Shown here: positions 1 to 9,315 of the stretch, in pieces
Numbering within the stretch: position 1 is the first letter of the stretch
How the letters are laid out: each line of letters begins with the position of its first letter
Source of the DNA: an uncultured Planctomycetaceae bacterium
GTDB taxonomy: Bacteria > Planctomycetota > Planctomycetia > Planctomycetales > Planctomycetaceae
Assembly (NCBI GenBank): GCA_963815195.1
Contig: CAWFGE010000018.1
Coordinates: 128,001-192,000, forward strand
Direction: 5' to 3'
DNA length: 64,000 nucleotides
Translations under genes and position numbers: made by a program
Notes under the pieces: model-generated
Told to the model about the DNA's origin: nothing
The model's input: only the letters and a program-made list of their open reading frames with translations
The model's database searches: none

Positions 1-1
1 C

Positions 2-874
2 CGCGACGCCGTTTAGGAGCACGGTGAGGCGGGCGTTCTTGATTTTATTCCGCTCTTTGTCGAACCGCGGCGCGGTGAAGGCGATGTCGTAAGTCTGCCA
101 CTGGAGCGGCGGCAGGCACATGTTCAACAGCGGCTTGTGCTCGCGGTACAGCGAACCGGCTTCGTTGAATGCGCCTTCCAAGCCGAAGGAATCGAGAATC
201 TGCACTTCGTACCGCCGATGCAAATAGACCCCGCTGTTGGCCCGGCCTTGGCCCCGCGCGTAAGGCATGTACGGCAGGCGAAACTCCAGATGCAACTGAA
301 AATCCCGGGCGAGCTTGGTGAGGTCCACGCCTTCCTGCAAGAGGCCGTCGTCCGTGATGCGGGCTCCTTTGAGGTATTTCGTCTCCTTGCCGTCGAAGAT
401 CACCTCGGCATTCGCGGGCGGCTTTTCGCCGAGCGTGGGACTTTGACGGTGGACTTTCTCCAACTGCCCGACGATCTGCTTTTGGGCGGACGCCAGCCGG
501 GCCTCTCCATCTTTGACGATCACGCGAACCTGCCCGCCGGCGAGTTCGACGCCTTCGGCGGAGCGCGCTCCCGCCAAGGCGAAGCGAGTTTTGCGATCCC
601 AACCGGAGCCGGGCAAGCCGCCGGGGTAGAGCACCCCAATAAACTCTCCGCCGCCTTGGGCGACGACCTGCAATCCGAACTTTTTCGCGTGCCAGCCCGC
701 CGGGGCGTTCTCGATAATTTCGCCGCTGTATTCGCCCTGATCGGCAAAATCGGCATCGACCTTCTTCAAATCGGTGATGGCGGTTTTCGGGTTTTGTGCC
801 CAAACTCCGGCGGGTCCGGCGGCCAAAACCAACAGGCCGCACACCGCCGGCCCCCAGAAACGTCGCGTTTGCAT
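2..874 (-). CDS. DUF1080 (3-keto-disaccharide hydrolase-like) secreted protein, 3' end outside window
   Basis: Not in the ORF track because it runs off the window. Translated by hand from ATG at 874 (GAGGAG upstream): MQTRRFWGPAVCGLLVLAAG signal peptide, then LEFRLPYMP...GQGRANSGVY...YEVQILDSFG...WQTYDIAFTAPRF...LTVLLNGV, typical of DUF1080. Confidence 0.85.
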   Translation of the reverse strand, partial: MQTRRFWGPAVCGLLVLAAGPAGVWAQNPKTAITDLKKVDADFADQGEYSGEIIENAPAGWHAKKFGLQVVAQGGGEFIGVLYPGGLPGSGWDRKTRFALAGARSAEGVELAGGQVRVIVKDGEARLASAQKQIVGQLEKVHRQSPTLGEKPPANAEVIFDGKETKYLKGARITDDGLLQEGVDLTKLARDFQLHLEFRLPYMPYARGQGRANSGVYLHRRYEVQILDSFGLEGAFNEAGSLYREHKPLLNMCLPPLQWQTYDIAFTAPRFDKERNKIKNARLTVLLNGVA

Positions 875-918
875 CGTGGTGTCTCTCCTCAAGCAGCTTG
901 CGTTAAATATGGCATGAT

Positions 919-934
919 CTGTTAAGTTTAACAG
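919..934. promoter_or_regulatory. Palindromic candidate transcription-factor site
   Basis: CTGTTAA-gt-TTAACAG, a perfect 7-bp inverted repeat 45 bp upstream of the DUF1080 start. Confidence 0.4.
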
Positions 935-1171
935 TCTGGAGACCCCCAGGGGCAACCGCAAGTCCGGCAAAAAGGGAAAATTCTCGCGTGCCCCAAAGCA
1001 ACGGCGTCGCAGATCATGGGACCGCTTGCCGGCGCCCTTACTTCATGGTGAAATAAATCTGCCCCGTTCGTCTAATGAGTAGGATTCCGGTTCGTCAGAC
1101 CGGAGATGGAGGTGCGATGCCTCCACGGGGCCGTCCATCACCGTGAATTGCTCCACCCGTTCTGCAGGTCG

Positions 1172-3061
1172 TCAGCGGCTGACGTTTGCAGGCGTTGCGA
1201 TTGTGATCTTAGGCCGCGGCGGCGCGGGCATGTCGGGGCCCAGATAAAACCCCGGATGCGCGGGCTGATTGTAACTCACATTCTGCCAGGCGACGCCCAA
1301 CCGGTAGATGGGATCGTGCATCAGCGTGGGGAAGCGGTGCCGGGTGGGGATCGTTGTGGTGAAGATTCTGAGTTCCTTGCCATCCTCGGTGCGGGCGATC
1401 AATTCTTCCCGCCAGTCGCCGAGAACGTCGGCACACAGACAAGGATTCGATTTCGAGCCGTTGTTGGACACGCAGCCCAACTCCCGCCCGTCGAAGAGAG
1501 GCCGCTCGGTGCCGGCTTGATAATCCCACTTCATGACGCGCACGCCGTCCAACAGTTCCCGAAGCAGATCGCCGTCCCACCAGATGCCCATGTTGCAGGT
1601 TCGCGGCTCGCGGCCGGGGATCTGTTCTCCTCGAGCGGAAAACAATCCTTCGACGCCTTGGCCTTTACCCCACATTTCCAAGCCGGGAAACCGCGGATCG
1701 ATGTCCAACGCACACGCCCGCCCCACGCCGACGCGGCCCGTCGATCGGCGGGCAAACAGTTGCTTCCCGGTGCGGGCGTCGCGAAGTTCGATGCCGGCGG
1801 GATTGGCTCGGTCGCCGTTGGCTTTGAAGATTTCGAGCCCGGGCCGCTTGGGGTCGATGTCGCTGAAGTGCATCGCATCGCCGTGCCCGAAGCCCGTGGA
1901 ATAGAGCCCCGTGCCGTCGTCGTCGATCACACACGAGCCGTAGAGAATCTCATCCTTGCCGTCGCCGTCCACATCGCCCACGCTCAAATTGTGATTGCCT
2001 TGCCCGCGGTAGGCCCGGTTCGTCTCGGGGCCGGCGTCGCTGTCGAACGTCCAACGCCGAGTGAGTTCGCCGTCTCGCCAATCCCAGGCGGCGAGCACGG
2101 TCCGCGTATAATAGCCCCGGCACATCACCAGACTCGGACGCCGGCCGTCAAGATATGCGATACAGGCCAGAAAGCGATCCACGCGGTTCCCATAATCGTC
2201 GCCCCAGCCGCGGATGTCGCCCCGCGGCGGAATGTAGTCCACCGTCTTGAGCGCTTTCCCCGTGCGGCCGTCGAAGATCGTCAGGAACTCCGGGCCGGCG
2301 AGGATTTTTCCCTGCGTGCGCTGCTCGCGGCTGCGATGGTCCGCCTCAGCGTCGCCGATGACCTGGCCGGTTCCGTCCACCGTGCCGTCGGCCGTTTTGC
2401 ACGCGACCTCGGCCCGGCCGTCGCCGTCCAGATCGTAAACCATGAACTGCGTGTAATGGGCCCCTTCGCGGATGTTTTTGCCCAGGTTAATCCGCCACAG
2501 AAACGTCCCGTCCAACTTGTAGGCTTCCAGGATCGGCTCGCTTGTGAACCCGCTTTGCGAGTTGTCCCGGCCGCGTCCGACTTGATGCAGCACAATTTCG
2601 TATCGGCCGTCGCCGTCCAAATCGCCCACGGAGGCATCGTTGGGCGAATAACCCTCCGGCGTCTTGAGCGGAATCGAAAGATAAGGCCGAGCCGCGGCGC
2701 CCGCGGGCAATTCGACCGCCCGGCTCGCCGCGCCCTCCTGGCCTTGATGAACCGCGCGAAGGAAATATGTCAGGGCCTGGCGGTTGTTGAGATTCTGGTC
2801 CACATAACAAGTGGCCTCGGTGAGGGGTTCTGCGGTGAGTTTCTGCGGCTCGCCGTCTCCGGCGGTGCGGTAAACATGGAACGCCGTGTGTTCGGGATCC
2901 GTCCCCAACAACCGCCAGCTGAGGAACACGGTCTGTTCGTCCGGCCGAACGGCCACCAGCCCGCGATCCAGGTATTCCATTTGCCGTTGGGCCAAGGCGA
3001 GATTGTTGAGAATCGCCGCCCACGCCAAAATCCCCACGCCGGCCGCCAAAAACTTTTGCAT
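1172..3061 (-). CDS. Rhamnogalacturonan lyase, PL11 (YesW/YesX-like)
   Basis: RQMEYLDRGLVAV, YSPNDASVGDLDGDG, NIREGAHYTQFMVYD, CRGYYTR, GQGNHNLSVGDVDGDGKDEI, GHGDAMH, YNQPAHPGFYLG. Start taken at MQKFLAAG (signal peptide). Confidence 0.93.
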   Translation of the reverse strand: MQKFLAAGVGILAWAAILNNLALAQRQMEYLDRGLVAVRPDEQTVFLSWRLLGTDPEHTAFHVYRTAGDGEPQKLTAEPLTEATCYVDQNLNNRQALTYFLRAVHQGQEGAASRAVELPAGAAARPYLSIPLKTPEGYSPNDASVGDLDGDGRYEIVLHQVGRGRDNSQSGFTSEPILEAYKLDGTFLWRINLGKNIREGAHYTQFMVYDLDGDGRAEVACKTADGTVDGTGQVIGDAEADHRSREQRTQGKILAGPEFLTIFDGRTGKALKTVDYIPPRGDIRGWGDDYGNRVDRFLACIAYLDGRRPSLVMCRGYYTRTVLAAWDWRDGELTRRWTFDSDAGPETNRAYRGQGNHNLSVGDVDGDGKDEILYGSCVIDDDGTGLYSTGFGHGDAMHFSDIDPKRPGLEIFKANGDRANPAGIELRDARTGKQLFARRSTGRVGVGRACALDIDPRFPGLEMWGKGQGVEGLFSARGEQIPGREPRTCNMGIWWDGDLLRELLDGVRVMKWDYQAGTERPLFDGRELGCVSNNGSKSNPCLCADVLGDWREELIARTEDGKELRIFTTTIPTRHRFPTLMHDPIYRLGVAWQNVSYNQPAHPGFYLGPDMPAPPRPKITIATPANVSR

Positions 3062-3072
3062 CGTTCCGCCTC

Positions 3073-3963
3073 TCAATGGGTTTCCGTCGGCAACTCCACG
3101 CGGGCGAAGAACTGCCACGCGGTCCAGTCGTGAAACCACGCTTGCAGCTGCCCGGCCAGGTCCTCGAAATCCGTGTCCGCGTTTTCCAGAGCCAAGGCAA
3201 TCGCGCCTCCCAGCGGCTGCCCCACGAGCAATTGCGAAAGCAGGTCAAACTGCACCCGCGACAGCGGAACCCGGCGGACGATGAAATCCCGGCGGACAAT
3301 GGCCAGGCACGTCGCCGCCGGGGCGGGAATGGTCGCGGAATCCTCGTGGCGGACCGCAGTGATATATTCGTGGACCGGAAAGCGAAACGCCTCCAACCGC
3401 AGCGAAGGCACGGGGATGAGTTTTACCTCCGGCCACGCCTCCGGAGGAATGCCTTCGAGATCGGCGGGTGCCAACGGCGATTGCCCTTCGGAGCCCGGGC
3501 CGTCGAAGACTTCGCTGTAGATCCGTTCGAGCGTCGCCAGGTCCACGAGAAAGTTCCCCCACGCGGCCGCTTGGTCCGCGGAGTCCGGCTGCGTCTCGGC
3601 GAGAAACCGCGGAAAATTCGCCCCCAACCGCGCGAGGGTGTAACTCTGCGAAGGGTAGCTCTGCAAATAGCCCATCGCAAAGGCGTCGAATGCCTCCGCT
3701 CCCACCGCCGCCGCCACGGCGGGAAACTCATCCCGCAGGCACTCCACCAGCCGCGCGTAATACGCGTTGCCGTAGATTTGCAGACGCTCCAAACTCGTCA
3801 ACGATTTGGATCGCGTGACGACTCGATCCACGTCAGCCGGCGAGATGGGAATCTGCTGTTGGGCGGCTTCGGACATCACGCCCGCCGCTGCGCCATCGGG
3901 ATGCGAAATCACCGATTGCATCCAGCGCTCGATCTGTTGAAGTTGGAGCGGGTCGGTGGGCAT
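3073..3963 (-). CDS. DUF2063-like MNIO partner protein (BufC/HvfC-type peptide-modification chaperone)
   Basis: ERLQIYGNAYYARLVECLRDEFP...G.EAF...YLQSYPSQSYTLARLGANFPRFL...DLATLE; lies 4 bp downstream of a DUF692 gene. Confidence 0.85.
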   Translation of the reverse strand: MPTDPLQLQQIERWMQSVISHPDGAAAGVMSEAAQQQIPISPADVDRVVTRSKSLTSLERLQIYGNAYYARLVECLRDEFPAVAAAVGAEAFDAFAMGYLQSYPSQSYTLARLGANFPRFLAETQPDSADQAAAWGNFLVDLATLERIYSEVFDGPGSEGQSPLAPADLEGIPPEAWPEVKLIPVPSLRLEAFRFPVHEYITAVRHEDSATIPAPAATCLAIVRRDFIVRRVPLSRVQFDLLSQLLVGQPLGGAIALALENADTDFEDLAGQLQAWFHDWTAWQFFARVELPTETH

Positions 3964-3967
3964 GGGT

Positions 3968-4897
3968 CTATTCCACTTCCGCGACAACATAAGTCGCCGG
4001 GTGCGGCACGGTGCGGGCTTTGTCGTCCGCTTCGTCCGATGAACTCGTTGAGGAGGGCGGCCGTTCTTTCAGATCGCGGGAAATGTGCTGGCGGGCTTTG
4101 AGCACCTCGGCGTGCAGGATCGGAAACTCCGGGATCTTCGCGTCCCATTCGAGCAGCGTGGAAACGCCGCCCGTCAGTTCATGGGCCAGCCGATACAACT
4201 CCCACACCGGATCAATCACGTGCCCGTCGTGCGTATCGATGATGTGCGTCCCGCAGTTTGTGTGTCCCGCCAGGTGGAACTGCACGACCCGGTCGTGAGG
4301 CAGTTCCTCGAGATACTCCCGCGGATCCAGATCGTGGTTCACGCTGGAGACGTAAACATTATTCACATCCAAGAGCAATCCGCAGCCCGATTCCTCGGTC
4401 ATGCGGGTAAGGAACTCCCACTCGCTCATCGTGGATTGGGCGAAGGTGAGATAGCTGCTGGGGTTCTCCAGAACCAGCGGCCTCTCCAAAACCTCTTGCA
4501 CGGTCTTGATCCGCCGGACCACATGCGCGAGGGTGTCCTCGTTAAAGGGGATGGGCAACAGGTCGTGCGCATTTCGGCCCGCGACTCCCGTCCAGCACAC
4601 ATGGTCCGAAACCCACGCCGCGGGAAGCGCATCGGCGAGGCGTTTGAGCTTCTGGAGATAGTCGCGGTCCAGGGCATCCGTGCTGCCGATGGACAGCGAG
4701 ACGCCGTGCATCACAATCGGATACCGCTCCGCGATCCGGTCGAGCACATACCGCGGCCGGCCTTGGGAATCCATATAGTTTTCGGAGATGATCTCGAACC
4801 AATCCACCTCCGGCCAGTGGTCGAGAATGTACGGATAATGCACCGACCGCAAGCCGAGGCCGAAACCGAGATTGGGATAACCGAGACGTTTTTGCAT
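3968..4897 (-). CDS. DUF692 multinuclear non-heme iron oxidase (MNIO; bufferin maturase-like)
   Basis: [68 protein letters not shown]. Confidence 0.95.
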   Translation of the reverse strand: MQKRLGYPNLGFGLGLRSVHYPYILDHWPEVDWFEIISENYMDSQGRPRYVLDRIAERYPIVMHGVSLSIGSTDALDRDYLQKLKRLADALPAAWVSDHVCWTGVAGRNAHDLLPIPFNEDTLAHVVRRIKTVQEVLERPLVLENPSSYLTFAQSTMSEWEFLTRMTEESGCGLLLDVNNVYVSSVNHDLDPREYLEELPHDRVVQFHLAGHTNCGTHIIDTHDGHVIDPVWELYRLAHELTGGVSTLLEWDAKIPEFPILHAEVLKARQHISRDLKERPPSSTSSSDEADDKARTVPHPATYVVAEVE

Positions 4898-4911
4898 GAG
4901 ATTTTAAAGTG

Positions 4912-5028
4912 ATTAGCCGCAGGGGGGCACCGCCCGCAGGGTGGTCCGCCCCGGTTCACGAGCAGAACCGGATGCTAGCGCATTCCGGCGGATCATTTCT
5001 CATTAGCCGCAGCGCGCTAGCCCCGCTT
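4912..5028. repeat. REP-like palindromic units (ATTAGCCGCAG family), two degenerate copies
   Basis: ATTAGCCGCAG starts at ~4912 and ~5002; the same family occurs at 15722, 35357 and 46551. Confidence 0.55.
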
Positions 5029-5046
5029 CGCGAGCAGAACGCCGAT

Positions 5047-5559
5047 TTATGAGGCTTCCGTTTTGGGAGGCCCGGGCGGTTCTTTGGGGAGCATGTCGGC
5101 TTTGCCGGCTTTTTCCATGTCAGCCTTGAATTTTTTGTAGGCCGTTTTCCAGGCGTCTTCCATCAACGGCACACTGCATCCGCCCTTGCCTTTGCAGGCG
5201 TTGGAGCCCGCCGTGTCGCCGCAGCCGCCTTGGTTCTTACAGGCGTTTTGACCGTTGCAGGCATGTTTGACTTTTGGCGAAGCGCATTCGCCTTGACCGG
5301 CGCACGCGTTCTTGCCGGTTTTGCCTTTGCCTTTGCAGGCATTCAAACCCCGGCACACGTGCAACCCTGCCCAACCGACTTCGGCGACTTCGCTCCCGCC
5401 GCCGGGCTTCTCGTTGCCGGCTCCTTCTTCGTTCGACTTGGCATCGCTTTTCTCGGTCTTTTTGCCCGCGCAGCCGATCACGGAACCGGCCATCATGCCG
5501 CCCATCGCGGCCATCGTCAGCTTATGGAAATCTCGACGATTCACAGGATCTTGCTTCAT
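5047..5559 (-). CDS. Cys-rich RiPP precursor, BufA2-like, with Tat signal and lipobox
   Basis: NRRDF twin-arginine motif; VIG|C lipobox; core CRGLNACKGKG..NACAGQGEC..HACNGQNACKNQGGC..NACKGKGGC; first gene upstream of DUF692. Confidence 0.85.
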   Translation of the reverse strand: MKQDPVNRRDFHKLTMAAMGGMMAGSVIGCAGKKTEKSDAKSNEEGAGNEKPGGGSEVAEVGWAGLHVCRGLNACKGKGKTGKNACAGQGECASPKVKHACNGQNACKNQGGCGDTAGSNACKGKGGCSVPLMEDAWKTAYKKFKADMEKAGKADMLPKEPPGPPKTEAS

Positions 5560-5896
5560 CTCCGTCCTTTCAAAAAATGGGGCCGTTTGCTCGACCGGCG
5601 GTTGCCGGTCTGCCCGTTAATCTCTCAGAACGCGGCCCCGACCGTCAACCCTCTTAGGGCGAAAATGGGTTTGGGGAGATTGCATCTTTTCTCAAACTGT
5701 AGGCCTTTGGGTGGCTGGGCGCAAATCCCGCTTGGAATGAGGTTGGAATTGCGAATGCTGGGGCTGTGTCCGGGCGAGAAAACTCTCACACCGCCCCAGG
5801 CCTCAAATCTCCTTTTTTCTTGGAACATTCCTTTGCGCCCCAGCCAGCCCCTCCGCTTTCGAGTTTCTGTTTGAGATCTTCGGTTTCAACTGCCGA

Positions 5897-5971
5897 GTTC
5901 GACCCACGGCGGCAAGATGCCGCCGCGACGAGTTGCGTTCGACCCACGGCGGCAAGATGCCGCCGCGACGA
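5897..5971. repeat. Two tandem copies of a 35-bp palindromic unit (40-bp period)
   Basis: GTTCGACCCACGGCGGCAAGATGCCGCCGCGACGA at 5897-5931 and 5937-5971; internal hairpin CGGCGGCA-aga-TGCCGCCG. Confidence 0.9.
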
Positions 5972-6189
5972 CGCGGACGCTTTTCCACTTGAGCGAAAAG
6001 TTCGTTCCCATTTCACGGTCAACCAGCGTTTGCAAATCGGCGTGCCTCGGCGTTATAGTTGCATCCTTCCGGGACTTCCGGTCTTTGCAGGACGAAAAAC
6101 AGGTCGCCTTTCAGTCGAGGGAGAAAGACCGCGGAGCGCGGCGGGAGTTGTGAATACTCCCCATCTCCCTCTCATCATTGAGGAACAAC

Positions 6190-7263
6190 ATGGCAACGGG
6201 CTTTGGAATTGTCGGCTGCGGGATGATCGCGAATTTTCACGCCAAGGCGATCGAGAACATCCGCAATGCGAAACTGGTGGGCTGCTTCGACATGATCCCG
6301 CAGGCGGTGGACCGCTACGCCTCAGAACAAGGCTGCGCGGGGTATCACAACCTGGACGAGATGCTCGCCAACCCCGAGGTGGACGTCGTCACTATCTGCA
6401 CGCCTAGCGGAGCCCACATGGACCCCGCGGTCGCGGCGGCGAAAGCCGGCAAGCACGTGATCGTCGAAAAGCCTTTGGAAATCACGCTCAAGCGCTGCGA
6501 TCGGGTCATCAAAGCCTGCGAAGACAACAAAGTGCAGCTCGGCACGATCATGCCTTCGCGGTTCAGCCCGGCGAACATCGAACTCAAAAACGCCATCCAG
6601 AAAGGCCGCTTCGGCAAACTGACCCTGGGCGACACCTACGTCAAATGGTGGCGAAGCCAGGAATATTACGACAGCGGCGGCTGGCGCGGGACCTGGAAGC
6701 TCGACGGCGGCGGGGCCTACATGAACCAGGCGATCCACAACGTCGATCTGTTGTATTGGTTCATGGGCGATGTGGCCGAGGTTGCGGGCGTCACCGGGAC
6801 GCTCGCCCACGAGCGAATCGAAGTCGAAGACGTCGGAGCCGCGTGCGTCCGGTTCAAAAGCGGCGCCTTGGGCGTGTTGGAAGCCACGACGAGCGCCTTT
6901 CCGGGCCTCTTGAAACGGACGGAAATCCACGGCACCTCTGGCTCGGCCATCGTCGAGCAGGACAACATCAAGCTCTGGTCCTTTGCCAAGGAAATCAAAC
7001 GCGACGCCGAGGTCCGCGAGAAGTATTCCACCAAAGCCGGCACCGGCGGAGCGGCCGACCCGAAGGCGATCGACTTCACCGGCCATATGCTGCAGTTCAA
7101 GGATTTTTTGAAAGCCCTGGACAAAGGCGAAAAGCCATTGGTCGACGGCTACGAAGGCCGCAAGAGCGTGGAGATCATCCTTGCGATCTACAAATCCTCC
7201 TGGACCGGCCGCCGCGTGGAACTCCCGTTGAAATCCGACCCGAAGATTCCGAAAACCAACTAA
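6190..7263 (+). CDS. Gfo/Idh/MocA family oxidoreductase
   Basis: GIVGCGMIA Rossmann motif, AGKHVIVEKP, DGGGAYMNQAIHNVD; GAGGA RBS before ATG 6190. Confidence 0.93.
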   Translation: MATGFGIVGCGMIANFHAKAIENIRNAKLVGCFDMIPQAVDRYASEQGCAGYHNLDEMLANPEVDVVTICTPSGAHMDPAVAAAKAGKHVIVEKPLEITLKRCDRVIKACEDNKVQLGTIMPSRFSPANIELKNAIQKGRFGKLTLGDTYVKWWRSQEYYDSGGWRGTWKLDGGGAYMNQAIHNVDLLYWFMGDVAEVAGVTGTLAHERIEVEDVGAACVRFKSGALGVLEATTSAFPGLLKRTEIHGTSGSAIVEQDNIKLWSFAKEIKRDAEVREKYSTKAGTGGAADPKAIDFTGHMLQFKDFLKALDKGEKPLVDGYEGRKSVEIILAIYKSSWTGRRVELPLKSDPKIPKTN

Positions 7264-7284
7264 ACCCCGGGAACGCTCGCGAGA

Positions 7285-8430
7285 TCATCCCGCGGTTGAC
7301 GCTCTGAGGCGATTGACGACCGTGGTGATGCGGCTAACGGCTTCGGTGATTTCATCCTCGGTGTTGTCGAAGGCGGCGCTGAAGCGGACGGCGGAGCGGG
7401 AGCGGTCTTCGCCCACGCCCATCGCCACGAGCGCCGGGGCGGGTTCCATCGATCCGCTGGCGCAGGTGCTGCCGAGCGAGCAGGCGACGCCTTCCAGGTC
7501 CAAGGCGACCAAGAGGGCTTCGCCGTCGAGGCCGGGGAAGGAGATATTGAGGGTGTTGGGCAGGCGGTGCTCCTGGGAGCCGTTGACTTCCACCGGCGGG
7601 CAGTTTTCTTCAAGGCCCTTTTGCAACCGGTCCCGGAGGGCCCCGACGCGGGCGGTGCGGTGTTCCGCATCGGCGTGCCAAAGCTCCAAGGCTTTCGCCA
7701 TGCCTGCGATTAAGGCCACACATTCGGTGCCCGGCCGCCGGCCCTGCTCTTGATGCCCGCCGAACAGCCAAGGCGAGAGTTCCACGCCTTCCGTGAGCAA
7801 AAGCGCTCCGATCCCGCGCGGGCCGTGGAACTCTGTGCGCGCCAGGCTCAGCGCGGTCGCGCCCAACTCGCGAAAGTTGACGGGGATCTTGCCGACGGCC
7901 TGCACGGCATCGACGTGCAGCGGCACGTGGTGTTTCCGGCAGCGCTCGGCGAGCGGCGCCAGATCCTGGATCACGCCGGTCTCGTTGTGAGCCAGGATGA
8001 CGGTCACCAATCGCAGCTCGTTCCACGAAAGGTTTTCGAACTGGTTGGTAAGCAACCGGCCTTCGGGGTTGACCTTGAGCACGATCTGCTTCCAACCGCG
8101 GTGTTTTTCGAGCCAATGGCAGCATTCGAGCGTGGCGGGGTGTTCGCCCTGGGTGAGGGCGATTTTGCCCGGATCGCCGCCGGTGAGGCCGAAGACGGCG
8201 GAGTTCGTCGATTCCGTTCCGCCGCTGGTGAACACAATTTCCTTGGGGCCCGCGCCCAGGATTTCCGCCATCGATTCGCGGGCGTCTTCCAGGACCCGGC
8301 GGGCTTTGCGGCCCAAAGAATGCCGGCTGCCGGGATTGGCGAAGCTGTCGGTCATGTGCCGGCTCATCGTTTCCACCACGTCGGGCCAAGGCCGGGTGGT
8401 TGCGTTGTTGTCGAGATAAATCGGTTTCAC
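7285..8430 (-). CDS. iscS: Cysteine desulfurase (IscS/NifS family)
   Basis: IYLDNNATT, FTSGGTES, HNETGVIQ, HVDAVQ, GT..V, SLGSTCASG (catalytic Cys loop). The PLP-Lys motif reads ARTEFHGP instead of GAHKFHGP, probably from compensating indels. Confidence 0.88.
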   Translation of the reverse strand: MKPIYLDNNATTRPWPDVVETMSRHMTDSFANPGSRHSLGRKARRVLEDARESMAEILGAGPKEIVFTSGGTESTNSAVFGLTGGDPGKIALTQGEHPATLECCHWLEKHRGWKQIVLKVNPEGRLLTNQFENLSWNELRLVTVILAHNETGVIQDLAPLAERCRKHHVPLHVDAVQAVGKIPVNFRELGATALSLARTEFHGPRGIGALLLTEGVELSPWLFGGHQEQGRRPGTECVALIAGMAKALELWHADAEHRTARVGALRDRLQKGLEENCPPVEVNGSQEHRLPNTLNISFPGLDGEALLVALDLEGVACSLGSTCASGSMEPAPALVAMGVGEDRSRSAVRFSAAFDNTEDEITEAVSRITTVVNRLRASTAG

Positions 8431-8901
8431 GGCAGAGGCTCTTTAGGGTTCTTCGGGCGAATGAGGGGGGCAACGACGACGGTGTGAAAGAATATCTTCT
8501 GTGCTCTTTCACCTCCCCAAAGATCATCACACAAAAAGATCATCCACGTCTACCCCCCGATTCGCCGGAAGAGCCCTCTTCCCATCGGTGCTTAAGATCA
8601 CGCTTGAAATCGGGGGAATTCTAACGGAATCCGCAGCGGCGGGAACCCTTCGTGGGGTTTCGGTTTTCGGTTTTGGCAAGTCGAGCCGTCCGAGGCCACA
8701 GACCGCGGCCGCCAAACTGGAGAAGCCGGACGGCTGGGGAGTCTGTGGAATCGGCTGCGATTCGGGAAGAAGAAGGTTTCTGCGTCCTGGGAAAGGTGTT
8801 AACATATTTTCTTGTGGAGGATACACTTGGAAGGAACGGCGTTTTTGGCGGGATAGGACGTTCTGGTTTGTTTTCCGTAGATTTGGCACGACGAGGCGGG
8901 A

Positions 8902-9312
8902 ATGAGCGAAAAACATGTGATGCTGCCTTTTCCCACGCGGGTGGATCAAACATCCACGCTGACCCATTCCCGGCCGGAATTGAAGCGGGTGGGTCTGTTG
9001 ACGCTGATTACGTCGCCCGCCTCGCTGCCGCAACGACTTCGCCCGTTTCGGATTGAAAAGGCCGAGACCATCATCGGCCGAGACGCCGACGCCGATTTGG
9101 TGTTGAATGATCATAGCGTGTCGCGGAAGCACGCCCGGTTGACGCGCCGCAACGGGGAGTTCTATGTGGAGGATCTGGGCAGCAGCAACGGCACGCATGT
9201 GGATGATGTGCCGGTCCTGTTTAGCCTCCTCAAATCGGGAGACCTGGTGCAGATGGGGAAGTTGGCGTTCTGGTTTGATGTGTTGCTCGAGACGCCCTTG
9301 GTATCGGAGTAA
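8902..9312 (+). CDS. FHA domain protein
   Basis: IIGRD, SVSRKHA, EDLGSSNGTHV signature. Confidence 0.92.
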   Translation: MSEKHVMLPFPTRVDQTSTLTHSRPELKRVGLLTLITSPASLPQRLRPFRIEKAETIIGRDADADLVLNDHSVSRKHARLTRRNGEFYVEDLGSSNGTHVDDVPVLFSLLKSGDLVQMGKLAFWFDVLLETPLVSE

Positions 9313-9315
9313 TTC

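Noticed and set aside
45..925. ORF-track entries 45..842(-) and 137..925(+)
   Set aside because: Shadow frames of the real DUF1080 gene (minus strand, ATG 874), which the track missed because it runs off the window.
1075..1150. Fluoride riboswitch or hammerhead ribozyme (GGTGATGG...CTGACGA...TCCTAC on the minus strand)
   Set aside because: Spacing and pairing do not fit either consensus; there is no GAAA core and no fluoride-related gene downstream.
5897..5971. Possible mini CRISPR array
   Set aside because: Only two repeats with a 5-bp spacer, and no cas genes.
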